DNA of 64,000 nucleotides from Minisyncoccia bacterium (GCA_046293175.1 JBKBPM010000002.1:19176-83175), one strand, 5' to 3'; numbered from the stretch's first letter, positions 48,603 to 58,502 are shown. The notes: generated from the letters alone by a model not told the origin. Numbers and translations: made by a program.

Positions 48603-48684
48603 TTCTTACAGAAGCTGTACAGGTTGTCGCTATTTTTTCATAATAGCTGGCAACCTCTTGCGAAAGTCTCCCAGACTTTCTCAC
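48603..48684 (+). repeat. intergenic repeat family copy 3a (type A), head-to-head with 3b
   Basis: cttcttacagaagctgtacaggttgtcgctattttttcataatagctggcaacctcttgcgaaagtct-ccc-agactttctcac. Confidence 0.55.
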
Positions 48685-48738
48685 GATGAGTGTTTCTGAG
48701 TGTAGCGCAACAAATTCTGAGAGATTTTTGGACGCGTT

Positions 48739-50217
48739 CTAGAGTGCTTTTGCAAGGTCAAGAATCTCATCGATGCGTATCTGCTCCACAAAATCTGGTA
48801 CGTGGGAAACGAGAATCATCGCGCCTTTGTAGTTATGCAAGGCTTTTGCAATCACGGGGATATGGCGGAAGTTAATGTGGTTCGTTGGCTCATCGAGAAT
48901 CAAAAGACCTGGTCGCTCCATGGTCAGCTTGGCGAAGGCAACGAGACCTTTCTGTCCTTCTGAGAGATTTCCAACCTTATTCTTCATGACATCACTGTAC
49001 AAAAGAAAGCCAGCGGCAATCGAACGCATATCTTCTTCAATCTTCCTTGGCATTGAATCCATAAGAGTTTCAAAGACCGTCTTATCAAAATCAAGATTAG
49101 AAAAGTCTTGTCGATAGTAGCCAATTTTTACCCCCGGCGCGACATGTTCACCCTTGGCGTGTCCAGAAGCGATTGACTCGAGGAGAGTAGTCTTCCCAAT
49201 ACCGTTTGGACCAATGATTTGGAGATGGGACCCACGTTTCAAAACCAAATCACATTCTACCTCTTTTGGCTGGTGGTTCTTGATAACTTTGTACGAAGTG
49301 AGTCGCACTACTTCAAGTGGTACTTCGCCTTGGGTCTCAATGGTAAATGCACGAATAGTCCGGTCTTCTTTACGAACATCAACTTTGTTTTCTTCGGCTT
49401 CCTCAACATCATCACGCATGCGCTTCGCGACAAGACGCATCTTACCCCCCTTACTTGCAAAGTAGTTAATCTTATCTTTGTCAGCCTGAATTTGTTTGGC
49501 GAGCTGGGCATTCTGGCGCTGCTCTTTTTCAACTCGCGCCGCAATATCCTTGAGCACTGTGTGATAGTTACCATTATATTGCTCAACCTGGCGATTTTGA
49601 GTGTTAAGGTATAATACCCCATCGGTAAACGAGTTGAGGAACTCAGCATCGTGCGAAATCACCAATACTGTCTTCTTATACTCCTTGAGGAAAACCGTGA
49701 GGTGCTCAATACCGGCTATATCAAGATTGTTCGTTGGTTCGTCAAGAAGGAGCACATCAGGATCTTGAATCAGCGCCTGCGCAAGCAAAAGACGAGCCTG
49801 CTGCCCACCAGAAAAACTCCCGATGATACGCTCTTTAAAACTCTCTTTGATCTTCTCGGTTGGGGTGAGGTTTACGATTTCAAGGACGGCATCAATCCGC
49901 GGGTCAATGTCATAAACCTTCTCCTTAAAACAATTTTCAAAAAAAGCACGTACCGTGAGAGTAAGTTCATCACGGGGAATAATCTGCCTCGAAATCGCGA
50001 TCGTGGTACGAGGCTGAATATTAATATCACCTGAATCAGGCGTGAGAGTCCCGGAAATAAGTCCAAAAATAGTACTCTTTCCAGCCCCATTTTGACCCAT
50101 TAGGGTCATCTTGGCCCCTCGACGCACCACAAAATTCGCCTCCTTAAGAATGGGGCGAGTGGGATCGTGTTCAAACGACACATCATTAAAAACAATGAGA
50201 CCATCTGCGCGTGACAT
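48739..50217 (-). CDS. ABC-F family ATPase (tandem ABC domains, no TMD; translation-factor-like)
   Basis: Two Walker A/B + signature motifs (LSGGQQARLLLAQAL; LSEGQKGLVAFAKL). Confidence 0.85.
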   Translation of the reverse strand: MSRADGLIVFNDVSFEHDPTRPILKEANFVVRRGAKMTLMGQNGAGKSTIFGLISGTLTPDSGDINIQPRTTIAISRQIIPRDELTLTVRAFFENCFKEKVYDIDPRIDAVLEIVNLTPTEKIKESFKERIIGSFSGGQQARLLLAQALIQDPDVLLLDEPTNNLDIAGIEHLTVFLKEYKKTVLVISHDAEFLNSFTDGVLYLNTQNRQVEQYNGNYHTVLKDIAARVEKEQRQNAQLAKQIQADKDKINYFASKGGKMRLVAKRMRDDVEEAEENKVDVRKEDRTIRAFTIETQGEVPLEVVRLTSYKVIKNHQPKEVECDLVLKRGSHLQIIGPNGIGKTTLLESIASGHAKGEHVAPGVKIGYYRQDFSNLDFDKTVFETLMDSMPRKIEEDMRSIAAGFLLYSDVMKNKVGNLSEGQKGLVAFAKLTMERPGLLILDEPTNHINFRHIPVIAKALHNYKGAMILVSHVPDFVEQIRIDEILDLAKAL

Positions 50218-50287
50218 AGGTAGTCACCATACACTATTTTTTTGAAACTGTCTAAAATATCACCCACAAGGGGTGGCCGTAGACACA

Positions 50288-50318
50288 TACAAAAACCGGC
50301 CTAAAGTCCGGTTTTTGT
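50288..50318. terminator. rho-independent terminator
   Basis: aaaaccgg-cctaaagt-ccggtttt. Confidence 0.55.
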
Positions 50319-50330
50319 ATGTCATTATTT

Positions 50331-51569
50331 TTACTTCGCTGTCGATAAGGTATTGACTTCTTCCTGGATAGCTGCAATGACAGCCGCCATTTGCACAAAG
50401 ATGTCAGTGGATGCACCTCGCACTGAACCAGAAATACTTGTAGGTGGTGTGCCGGTATCCGTACGGTTTGAGACACCTGTTGCACCACTTTGAGACGGTA
50501 ATGGTTTTATCACTGGAGTTGGCTCCCAAACCCCATTATTACACGAGTAGACAATCGAAAGACTGTTCACAAAACTAGTAGAATTTCCGTAAAATGGATG
50601 AGGTGCGCCTTGGTTAAACGTTCTATCTTGGAAACGACAAGGTTGTACAGTAAATCTTTGATTTGTTAAACCACTCACTCCATTGTGATAACTTCGTGCT
50701 GCATTACTGGTAGGTCTTGTTGCACAATCTGTGCTGGTGGCATGGTCTGGATAACCAGCTCTCGATAGAGCAAATGCAGCATAACTTGTATGTCTCGTTG
50801 TTGTAGCAACGCATGGATTTCCGGGGAGAGAGCCAACACGTGTCCATACCCCCACTCCGTTATTATTTCGACAAACGAAACGAGCATCTGCTACAACACT
50901 GGTGATCCCACTAGCGTTTGTAATGGTGGTTCGTTCAGTTCCTTCCGGAAGTCTTTCAGTACCATTACGACAATAGATGATGTCTTTGGTAGTAGAGGCA
51001 ACCGGCGTTCTGGTGACTCCAGGCAAAGAAGGGTTACCCGTGACACTCGAACGAGGAGTTTGGGGAAACTGTGCTGTATTAAGACGATTACTTGATTCAT
51101 TGTTGTAGCGGATGGCTTGTAGACTAAGTCGTGAGCGGTTGGTAGGCACATAAGCTATTTCGAATGTTTCGCCCTCACCCTCACGAACTACGTAGTTAGT
51201 GCCGCTGGTTGTAGCACTAGATATGATCGTTGCTGGTACGGCCCGGACCCCGGCATTTTGCCAAACGAGTGCGCTTCCCCGTCCCGTGGTTACAGTTGGC
51301 ACATACACATCGCCATTGTCAGCACTGATTGTGAAGCGAACAACATGGGTAACTGTTTGCCCATCGGCACTTGTCGAGCTAGCTCGAGATACATCACTAA
51401 TTGTTGCTCTTCCTGAATCACCTTGTGAGACGCTGCGATTAAGTCCTACACCATTGGCGGTCGACATTTCTGCCGCAGAAACCAGCGATACCCCGAAGAA
51501 AAAAGCCGCGACGCTGAGAACTATTACACACGTTACGATCTCGGTGAATGTTAAAACACTTTTTTTCAT
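50331..51569 (-). CDS. hypothetical secreted protein (Ser/Thr/Asn-rich, 8+ Cys)
   Basis: N-terminal signal/TM; no motif recognised. Confidence 0.45.
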   Translation of the reverse strand: MKKSVLTFTEIVTCVIVLSVAAFFFGVSLVSAAEMSTANGVGLNRSVSQGDSGRATISDVSRASSTSADGQTVTHVVRFTISADNGDVYVPTVTTGRGSALVWQNAGVRAVPATIISSATTSGTNYVVREGEGETFEIAYVPTNRSRLSLQAIRYNNESSNRLNTAQFPQTPRSSVTGNPSLPGVTRTPVASTTKDIIYCRNGTERLPEGTERTTITNASGITSVVADARFVCRNNNGVGVWTRVGSLPGNPCVATTTRHTSYAAFALSRAGYPDHATSTDCATRPTSNAARSYHNGVSGLTNQRFTVQPCRFQDRTFNQGAPHPFYGNSTSFVNSLSIVYSCNNGVWEPTPVIKPLPSQSGATGVSNRTDTGTPPTSISGSVRGASTDIFVQMAAVIAAIQEEVNTLSTAK

Positions 51570-51707
51570 GGATGTTTATTGCTAAAAAGTATATAAGATT
51601 GATTTTTGCTACAACAGAATGGCCGCTAGGGGTATTATCCCTAGCGGCCTCCGTTACTTTTTAGTATACGTCTATTTTATTCCTTGTCAGTAAGTCAGTG
51701 TGTATAA

Positions 51708-52346
51708 CTACATTGACGGCATCATGCCACCCATCCCTTCCATCATCTTTTGCATCTCACTCATATCCATAAATTCAACAGAGGCTGGCGGCACAAACAC
51801 TGATCCATCAACGCGCCATGACTTACAATTGTAATCAACATCCATATCTGGTGTGACCGCTGGCGCACTAGAACCGCTCTGCGGATTATTCATTGGCGCT
51901 GGAGTTGGGCTCTCTGCTGATGGAAGGGTCATCTTGATACCTTGATCACCTTGTGCACTGCCCCACAGGTACATGGTATTACTTTTTTTATCCATGATCA
52001 TATACGAGGCAATATCTTCAGCGGCAGCACCCTTGATGAGGGTGTCGACGCGAGCATTGCCACCATCATAAAACGCTGTCCCTTCTTGCACTATGCCATC
52101 TGTTCGTACCACAAACGTACACTCCTGACTGCGACCAAGGGCGAGGAGACCAAGAAGACTCCCCCTGCCGCTCATTGCACCATCAGTTGATTCTTCTGCT
52201 ATCAGATTATTTTCGGTTGTTTCATTTTGATTCATCGTCGTATTATCAGCCACCAAAGCATCTTTTGTTACTTTTGTAGCCAAACCAATACCCACCACAA
52301 TAACAAGGATAATAAGCACTGCTCCAATGATGATGTTTTGTTTCAT
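51708..52346 (-). CDS. hypothetical membrane-anchored protein with Met/Gly-rich C-terminus
   Basis: Start at Met MKQNIIIGAV within ORF 51708..52367. Confidence 0.4.
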   Translation of the reverse strand: MKQNIIIGAVLIILVIVVGIGLATKVTKDALVADNTTMNQNETTENNLIAEESTDGAMSGRGSLLGLLALGRSQECTFVVRTDGIVQEGTAFYDGGNARVDTLIKGAAAEDIASYMIMDKKSNTMYLWGSAQGDQGIKMTLPSAESPTPAPMNNPQSGSSAPAVTPDMDVDYNCKSWRVDGSVFVPPASVEFMDMSEMQKMMEGMGGMMPSM

Positions 52347-52558
52347 ATTCCCTATATTGTACACCAAAAACCGCCAATGGCGGCTATTTGGTATTTAGGA
52401 CCGGTGTTTATTAGATGAGACTGTTTTTATCCTTTTTATCTTTTTTTGGTTTTTTTACTTCTTTTTTATGTCTAAATTCACCTTTTGCCATATATTGTAT
52501 ATCTAATCTTAACTGCTACCATCAAGTATACAAGCAGATAAAGCGAAGAAAAAGAGCT

Positions 52559-53122
52559 TTATGGGGCAAAGGAAACGACTATTTCTTTAGCTTCGGCATT
52601 TTCTGGTAAACCTGAAGGGTTGTCTTTTTGGAGAATAAGGGTGCCTCGCTTCATAAATTCTGGGTCCCCAGACGTATACGGTGAGGTAAATGTGAGGGTA
52701 GCAACAAATGGCACAAAATCGCTGGTCATCCAGTCACCCTGGGCGGTCGCTACCCCTTCAGCAATAATAAGTCCATCCCAATTAACAAGCGAGACGGGGA
52801 ACGAACCTTCGAAGTACCATCCTGCTGCCTCTCCTGTAATAGTGAGCGGACTGGCCACCACTGCGCCCGGGAGTGGTGAGGTCAGGCGTACCCGTTCATT
52901 AGTAGCAATTGGTGGACAGACAAACTCACAACTTGGTCCAGTCCGCCCCACGTATGAACCATCAGGACACTGCATCGCATCTTGTGTACACATCATTTCT
53001 TCCGGTAGCGGTGCTGGGGTTAGTTCGGTTGGTTGTGGGGCGGTCACGCGACCTACCATAAACCCGCCAAAAAATACCACCAACACTACTAAAGCAATAA
53101 ACAACGCTAACAAGTGTTTCAT
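52559..53122 (-). CDS. secreted/anchored protein with Gmad2-like immunoglobulin-like domain
   Basis: N-terminal TM, Cys-rich linker, C-terminal beta-rich domain FEGSFPVSLVNWDGLIIAEG...FVATLTF. Confidence 0.4.
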   Translation of the reverse strand: MKHLLALFIALVVLVVFFGGFMVGRVTAPQPTELTPAPLPEEMMCTQDAMQCPDGSYVGRTGPSCEFVCPPIATNERVRLTSPLPGAVVASPLTITGEAAGWYFEGSFPVSLVNWDGLIIAEGVATAQGDWMTSDFVPFVATLTFTSPYTSGDPEFMKRGTLILQKDNPSGLPENAEAKEIVVSFAP

Positions 53123-53168
53123 ATGCTTCTAGTATAGCAAAAATCGACCAAGATGTGGTCGATGAATG

Positions 53169-54227
53169 CTACTTACTTTCCATCTCCTTCACCTTTTGGA
53201 GGGCCACAATATACATACTTTCGGACCAGCCCAGTGGGGTATTATCGTTTGGCACCGGGCTTTGTGAGAAATAAAGTTCGGGAATTTCACCATTGCTCGT
53301 CACCGTATTACGAGCTTGGCGCAGGTAATACCAGGCCCGTTCTTTTTCACCACGCATGGCGTAGATGATAGCAAGCCACGAGAGACCAAAGCACCACTCG
53401 GCCTCTTCGCTATAGCCATCTTCGTTGGCGTTGTAGTAACGATCAAGCTTGTAGCGGATAACGCCACGGTCACGGGTGAGGTGATACACAACATTTTTGA
53501 TAATTGTATCAGTCTCGGCTTTGGTCGTCACCGCAAACGGATAAATAAGTGAGAGGAGAGCAAGGTCGGCGAACTTTGTCCGCGACTCACGGGGTAAGAG
53601 CTGGCGCAAGGCTTCCTCACCATAATGGATAGCCACCAATGGTACCTTAAGCCAATCGACCTGACTCGCGAGCTTCAGTGCCGCGACACCTGCCCCCACT
53701 GACGAAGCATGCACCTCCATATTTTCTTCCCAAATGCCATTATCGGCATCGTGCCAATACTCAACCCGGACGAGGTAGTCAATAATCATCTGAGTCACCT
53801 CTTTTTCTTCAGCGGTGATTGCGACCGCGTGCCCCCGGAGCTCAAGATCACAGATGAGGTAGAGCACTTCGGCCACCGCATCATTCTGACTATTACCCCA
53901 CTCTTCCCAATACTCTTCAAAGGTCTCCGGATGAAACCGAGCGTGGATGTACTGCCAGGTCTCGTGGGGCTTGTTCGCAATTGCCCAGTTGATTTTGTCT
54001 TTATGCTTCACAAAAACTGAGAGGAGGGCCTTCGCTGTTTTCACGACCGTATCAATATCTCCGGTCTCAAGGAACCCAAGCGTCATAAAGTAGTTGTCTC
54101 GGAGCCACGCCTTGTCGTAGCCAGTCCCTACGGTATGAGCAGCGGCAGTAAAGACTCCCGTTGGCCTTCGAAGGGATAACAGAACCGCGATGTGCGCTTG
54201 GATTTCTTTGTCAAAGTCGATACTCAT
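53169..54227 (-). CDS. glycoside hydrolase family 15-like (glucoamylase/trehalase-type (alpha/alpha)6 barrel) protein
   Basis: YDKAWLRDNYF and GIWEEN motifs characteristic of GH15 catalytic domain. Confidence 0.65.
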   Translation of the reverse strand: MSIDFDKEIQAHIAVLLSLRRPTGVFTAAAHTVGTGYDKAWLRDNYFMTLGFLETGDIDTVVKTAKALLSVFVKHKDKINWAIANKPHETWQYIHARFHPETFEEYWEEWGNSQNDAVAEVLYLICDLELRGHAVAITAEEKEVTQMIIDYLVRVEYWHDADNGIWEENMEVHASSVGAGVAALKLASQVDWLKVPLVAIHYGEEALRQLLPRESRTKFADLALLSLIYPFAVTTKAETDTIIKNVVYHLTRDRGVIRYKLDRYYNANEDGYSEEAEWCFGLSWLAIIYAMRGEKERAWYYLRQARNTVTSNGEIPELYFSQSPVPNDNTPLGWSESMYIVALQKVKEMESK

Positions 54228-54229
54228 AC

Positions 54230-54685
54230 TTATTCATTGAGATTTTGCCAGGCCTTTTCAGCATGCTTGGCTACCGCAGACAGGGGCGGGAGGACCGCCT
54301 CTACCTCACCAGCCGCGCGTGGGTAGTAACTGCGGAGTTCTGCATAGAGCGCGATCATTCGTTCGTACGCAGTGAAAAGTTCAAGTAATTTGGCGACTGC
54401 TTGTTCCGCTCGGTAGTGATTTTGTGCCACAATATCTTGATGTAAGGCCTCGACCGCTTCGCGGTGCTGCTGCGCAAAGGCGACCATGCAGTCTTCGGCA
54501 CTCGTGAGTGCATACTCTTTTTCTTTCGAGACGAAACTGCGCTTCAATTCCTGCGGGAGACGAGGTGAGAGCGCCTCCATCACCAAATCAAACGCCTCCT
54601 GGCGCTGTGCTTCAACAAGCGACAAGGGTCGCTCACCCTTGCCTTCCCCGCCTAATTCCTTACCACGCTTCGGAGTTTTTTCCAT
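54230..54685 (-). CDS. hypothetical helical protein
   Basis: 151 aa, 3 nt after GH15 gene stop (operon partner). Confidence 0.4.
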   Translation of the reverse strand: MEKTPKRGKELGGEGKGERPLSLVEAQRQEAFDLVMEALSPRLPQELKRSFVSKEKEYALTSAEDCMVAFAQQHREAVEALHQDIVAQNHYRAEQAVAKLLELFTAYERMIALYAELRSYYPRAAGEVEAVLPPLSAVAKHAEKAWQNLNE

Positions 54686-55046
54686 TTACGTAGTATAGCG
54701 TACTTATCATGCTCACTTGCGCATTAATTCACGTTACACTACTGTACAAAAGTAACAGTTCCAGAGGAAAAAGATGGACGAAGAAATTGCTCAAAATTTT
54801 ACATCACTTGTTCTCACAAAAATTTCAAAATTTGCAAGTATTAAAACTCCTGCAACAAAACTAGATATAAGTATACTAAGCTGATCTGAAGATTTTCTAT
54901 TTGATAACATTAAAAATAACTTAACAAAAATGAATCCTGATACTATGGCATGTTACAAATACGATATTTTCGAGTGAGACGTCCATATGTAAATCATATC
55001 ACGATTTATTCAAATGTAATTTCATTTAGAAAATCACACTAAAAAC

Positions 55047-55077
55047 TGAAAAAAGACCCCATATGGGGTCTTTTTTC
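55047..55077. terminator. bidirectional terminator
   Basis: aagacccc-atat-ggggtctt with A- and T-runs. Confidence 0.6.
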
Positions 55078-55175
55078 TGAAACCTTCATAAATTGGATGC
55101 AATGCGAGGCGCGAGCGAAAAATATTTGGAGGTGTACTGGGAATTTCATTTTGAAATGAAGTATAAGGCGAGTAG

Positions 55176-55220
55176 CAAAAAAGCCGCGACCGGGACCTAA
55201 GTCCAGGGAGCGGCTTTTTT
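55176..55220. terminator. bidirectional compound-hairpin terminator downstream of rpsG
   Basis: agccgc...(gggac ctaa gtcc)...gcggct TTTTTT. Confidence 0.6.
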
Positions 55221-55254
55221 GTGTGCTCAACACAGTAATTCGTTCAAAATGGAA

Positions 55255-55725
55255 TTACCAGGCGAAGTGTGCAAAAGCCCGGTTAGCCTCAGCCATCTTG
55301 TGTACATCATCTCGCTTCTTCACCGCCACACCTTCTTCTTTGGCAGCCAAGATGAGTTCGTTCGCGAGCGCCTTGTACATTGGTATACCCTTGGCTCCAC
55401 GAGCAGCACCGATGATCCAACGGAGCGCAAGTGCGAGACGTCGCTCAGGACGTACTTCACGAGGTACCTGGTAGTTCGCACCACCAACGCGACGTGAACG
55501 AACTTCCATGAGTGGGCCAGCGTTACGCAAGGCAGTCTGGTAGATCTCAAGTGGGTCGCCACCGTCTTTGCGGTTCTTAATTTCTTCAAATGCTGCGTAC
55601 ACAATCTTGCGGGCGGTTTCTTTCTGGCCACGCAACATGATGTAGTTGATGAGGCGCTCGACGTCGGTTGAAGCAAACTTGACGTCTGGCTTCACAACTG
55701 GGCGCTTCTTGATTGGTCGTCGCAT
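55255..55725 (-). CDS. rpsG: 30S ribosomal protein S7
   Basis: 156 aa typical S7. Confidence 0.9.
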   Translation of the reverse strand: MRRPIKKRPVVKPDVKFASTDVERLINYIMLRGQKETARKIVYAAFEEIKNRKDGGDPLEIYQTALRNAGPLMEVRSRRVGGANYQVPREVRPERRLALALRWIIGAARGAKGIPMYKALANELILAAKEEGVAVKKRDDVHKMAEANRAFAHFAW

Positions 55726-56023
55726 GTTGTTAGTTCTTAATTCTTATAATTAAGAATGAGAGTTTGGCAATCGCCTCTTTCATTCTTCGCATATTCTGAT
55801 TCCGTACCTTTCGGTTGAATCGCAGCCAGTATCTGTAGCGAATATAGACTATTGGTAATTTACTTCTCCAAGATACGTTATGTCTTGGTTTTTGCCTTTA
55901 CGCTTTCGCGTAAGGCTAAATAAATTGCTTTAGATGCGAGGCGGACAAACAAATTTTTCTGAGTCGTACTTGGTAGTACGGTGAGGGTAAATTTGTGCAG
56001 TCCAACAAAGCAGATGAAGTGAT

Positions 56024-56437
56024 TTACTTAGCCTTCGGTTTTTTAGCTCCGTAGCGTGAACGTCCCATCGTTCGGTTCGCAACGCCAGTGGCGTCGTACT
56101 TACCGCGAACGATTGTGTAGTTCACACCAATATCCTTCACACGTCCACCACGCACGAGGACCACAGAGTGTTCCTGCAAATTGTGCTTGATACCTGGGAT
56201 GTACGCAGTAATTTCCATACCGTTTGAAAGACGAACACGAGCAATCTTTCGGATCGCAGAGTTCGGCTTACGCGGCGTCTTGGTCGTTACCTTGGTACAC
56301 ACACCACGCTTAAATGGTGAGTTATACGAATTTGGCTTGTTGATGATTGAGTTAAAACCCATTGTCAACGCACCAGTTTTCGTACGTGATACCGGATCAC
56401 GGCGCTTCTTCTTGGTTAATTGATTGATTGTTGCCAT
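56024..56437 (-). CDS. rpsL: 30S ribosomal protein S12 (N-terminally extended)
   Basis: MATINQL...KRGVCTKV...PNSAIRK conserved S12 core. Confidence 0.9.
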   Translation of the reverse strand: MATINQLTKKKRRDPVSRTKTGALTMGFNSIINKPNSYNSPFKRGVCTKVTTKTPRKPNSAIRKIARVRLSNGMEITAYIPGIKHNLQEHSVVLVRGGRVKDIGVNYTIVRGKYDATGVANRTMGRSRYGAKKPKAK

Positions 56438-56522
56438 AAAGCCCGCGTAGAATACTACAGCTGTCCTTGTTTTGCAAGACTAATCCTTTTAATCTAGCTG
56501 AACCTTTTGGAGGAACTAATAC

Positions 56523-57419
56523 CTAATGTAATGCTCGATAGATACCTTGAATTGACTTGAAATTGAGCGGGAACTCTAGCACAACGTGCAGGAAGCTAAG
56601 TGATAACAAAACCAAGAAACCAAGTTGATAGTCAATGACGTAAAGCACTACAGCACTGAGATAAAGAACCCCAATAGCTATCGCTCTATAACGGGATATT
56701 TTGTGCCATTCAATAATTGAAGTCTTGGAAAACCAATTCAAATAGTGGTAAGTATACGTAAAAGCCAAAAATGTCGCGATATGGAGAATGGTGGAGGTAG
56801 GGTCACTACCAAATATTGCCGCTATAGCCGTACCAATTCCGTCAAAAAAAGTATAATTCGCAGTCATATAGGCGGGCAAATGTACTGACGCAGACGGGCT
56901 AAAAAGAAGCAGAATGCTGAGTAGAAAAAATATGATCACATTAACGTAACCTAAATATGAATGGCTTTTCATTGCACCAAATAACATAAAAAGAGCAGTA
57001 AATATAAATACGTGACATACTGTTGGAATCAGAATTGCCAGCGCATAATTAGTTGTACTTCCAAGGAAGGGTAACAAACAAAGTATCCCCAGCCCTAAAA
57101 TTAATCCTCGTTTCCACCATACATTTACAAAGGCTGTGCAAAAAGCTAGCAGCAGTAATATCCAAACTAATTCAGCGCTACCTGGTACAATCGCTACACC
57201 GAGAAATAAAACCACAAGTGAAACTAAGGTTAAAATGTGAGGATCATAACGGCGTAGCGTAAAATAGCGTCGGTCGTGTAACCAAGAAATTTCTGTTAAA
57301 TAATGGAGAGGACCAAGAAAAGCATATGCGAGTATCAAAAGCTCAAACGAGAAAAGCCAAGCAGGAATTGCAGCGATTACTAGAAGGACGCTATTTATCG
57401 AGTCAACGGATAATTTCAT
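56523..57419 (-). CDS. hypothetical polytopic membrane protein (AT-rich gene)
   Basis: 298 aa, about 9 TM helices. Confidence 0.45.
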   Translation of the reverse strand: MKLSVDSINSVLLVIAAIPAWLFSFELLILAYAFLGPLHYLTEISWLHDRRYFTLRRYDPHILTLVSLVVLFLGVAIVPGSAELVWILLLLAFCTAFVNVWWKRGLILGLGILCLLPFLGSTTNYALAILIPTVCHVFIFTALFMLFGAMKSHSYLGYVNVIIFFLLSILLLFSPSASVHLPAYMTANYTFFDGIGTAIAAIFGSDPTSTILHIATFLAFTYTYHYLNWFSKTSIIEWHKISRYRAIAIGVLYLSAVVLYVIDYQLGFLVLLSLSFLHVVLEFPLNFKSIQGIYRALH

Positions 57420-57434
57420 TACGAATTGATTACC

Positions 57435-58067
57435 CTACCCAATGAGTACTTTTGCGATACTAAAGACAAAACTATACAAGTAGTCACCAAGCACCACCAC
57501 AAAGAGGAAAATGACGAGCGCAAAGGCCAAAAAGACGTTTTGTTCCATATAGCGGCGGAAACCCTCGTACTGCATCCGCAGTGGAAATGGTAAGAAACGA
57601 GGTAAAATCTTCGAACCATCAAGTGGTGGAATCGGGACAAGGTTAAAGAAAGCCAAAAAGAGGTTCATGACCACAAGCTGGGCGGCTAGATAGAGAAAAG
57701 TCTCACTCAACGTTGTCCCGGCGCCGACTTGCACAATCACCGCAAAGATAAGCGCCAGGGCAATATTCACAGCTGGACCAGCAGCGGCTACAATCGCCTC
57801 CCCCCACTTTTGGTTACGAAAATTATACGGGTTGTACGGTACGGGTTTCGCAGCGCCAAACAAAAGGGGTGACCCAGACATAATAAGGAGCCCAGGCACA
57901 ATCACTGACATTACCGGATCGATATGCACGAGTGGATTCACCGACAGACGACCTTCAAGACGGGCGGTTGGGTCACCAAGCCAATTGGCAGCATAGGCAT
58001 GCCCCACCTCATGGAGGACAATTGAAGCAATCAAGCCAATAATCAATGCGATAGTCAGTGGTTCCAT
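57435..58067 (-). CDS. site-2 protease (M50) family zinc metalloprotease
   Basis: HEVGHAYAA (HExxH) in TM helix and LDGSKIL (LDG) motif; start at Met MEPLTIALII. Confidence 0.7.
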   Translation of the reverse strand: MEPLTIALIIGLIASIVLHEVGHAYAANWLGDPTARLEGRLSVNPLVHIDPVMSVIVPGLLIMSGSPLLFGAAKPVPYNPYNFRNQKWGEAIVAAAGPAVNIALALIFAVIVQVGAGTTLSETFLYLAAQLVVMNLFLAFFNLVPIPPLDGSKILPRFLPFPLRMQYEGFRRYMEQNVFLAFALVIFLFVVVLGDYLYSFVFSIAKVLIG

Positions 58068-58172
58068 AACGCTCTTATTATACACGAATGCCAAAACTGC
58101 CATACATAATTACTCATTATGCTTGCAATATTGACCATCCGTGGTAGGATAGCGGGACTAAAAAACATCGAT

Positions 58173-58415
58173 ATGGCAAAAGTTTGCGACATTACCGGAA
58201 AAAAGACCCAGATTGGAGGGAAATATAGTAACCGTACCCGTGCTACGCAGTTTAACCCATCAGGAAAGACAAAGCGTGCGCCAAACCTCCAGAAGCGTCG
58301 AATTTTTGTACCGGAGATTGAAAAAACAGTAACAATTACTGTTTCAACCAAAGGTCTCCGTACTATTGCCAAAAATGGCGCGTTTAAGACGCTCAAGGAA
58401 GCTAAACTCATCTAA
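58173..58415 (+). CDS. rpmB: 50S ribosomal protein L28
   Basis: 80 aa from Met MAKVCDITGKKTQIGGKYSNR. Confidence 0.8.
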   Translation: MAKVCDITGKKTQIGGKYSNRTRATQFNPSGKTKRAPNLQKRRIFVPEIEKTVTITVSTKGLRTIAKNGAFKTLKEAKLI

Positions 58416-58455
58416 GCGCTATATCCAAAAATGCCAGCTATTTTGTTGGACTACG

Positions 58456-58502
58456 AAAAATGACCCTCGCTGGACAAGCTCGTCCCACTTGGGTCATTTT
58501 CT
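58456..58502. terminator. compound-hairpin terminator after rpmB
   Basis: aaatgaccc...gggtcattt with nested hairpin, TTTTCTTG tail. Confidence 0.55.

Noticed and set aside
15961-48684. CRISPR array interpretation of the repeat family
   Set aside because: Copies are not identical, not regularly spaced, are in mixed orientation and at three separate loci. No cas genes are present.
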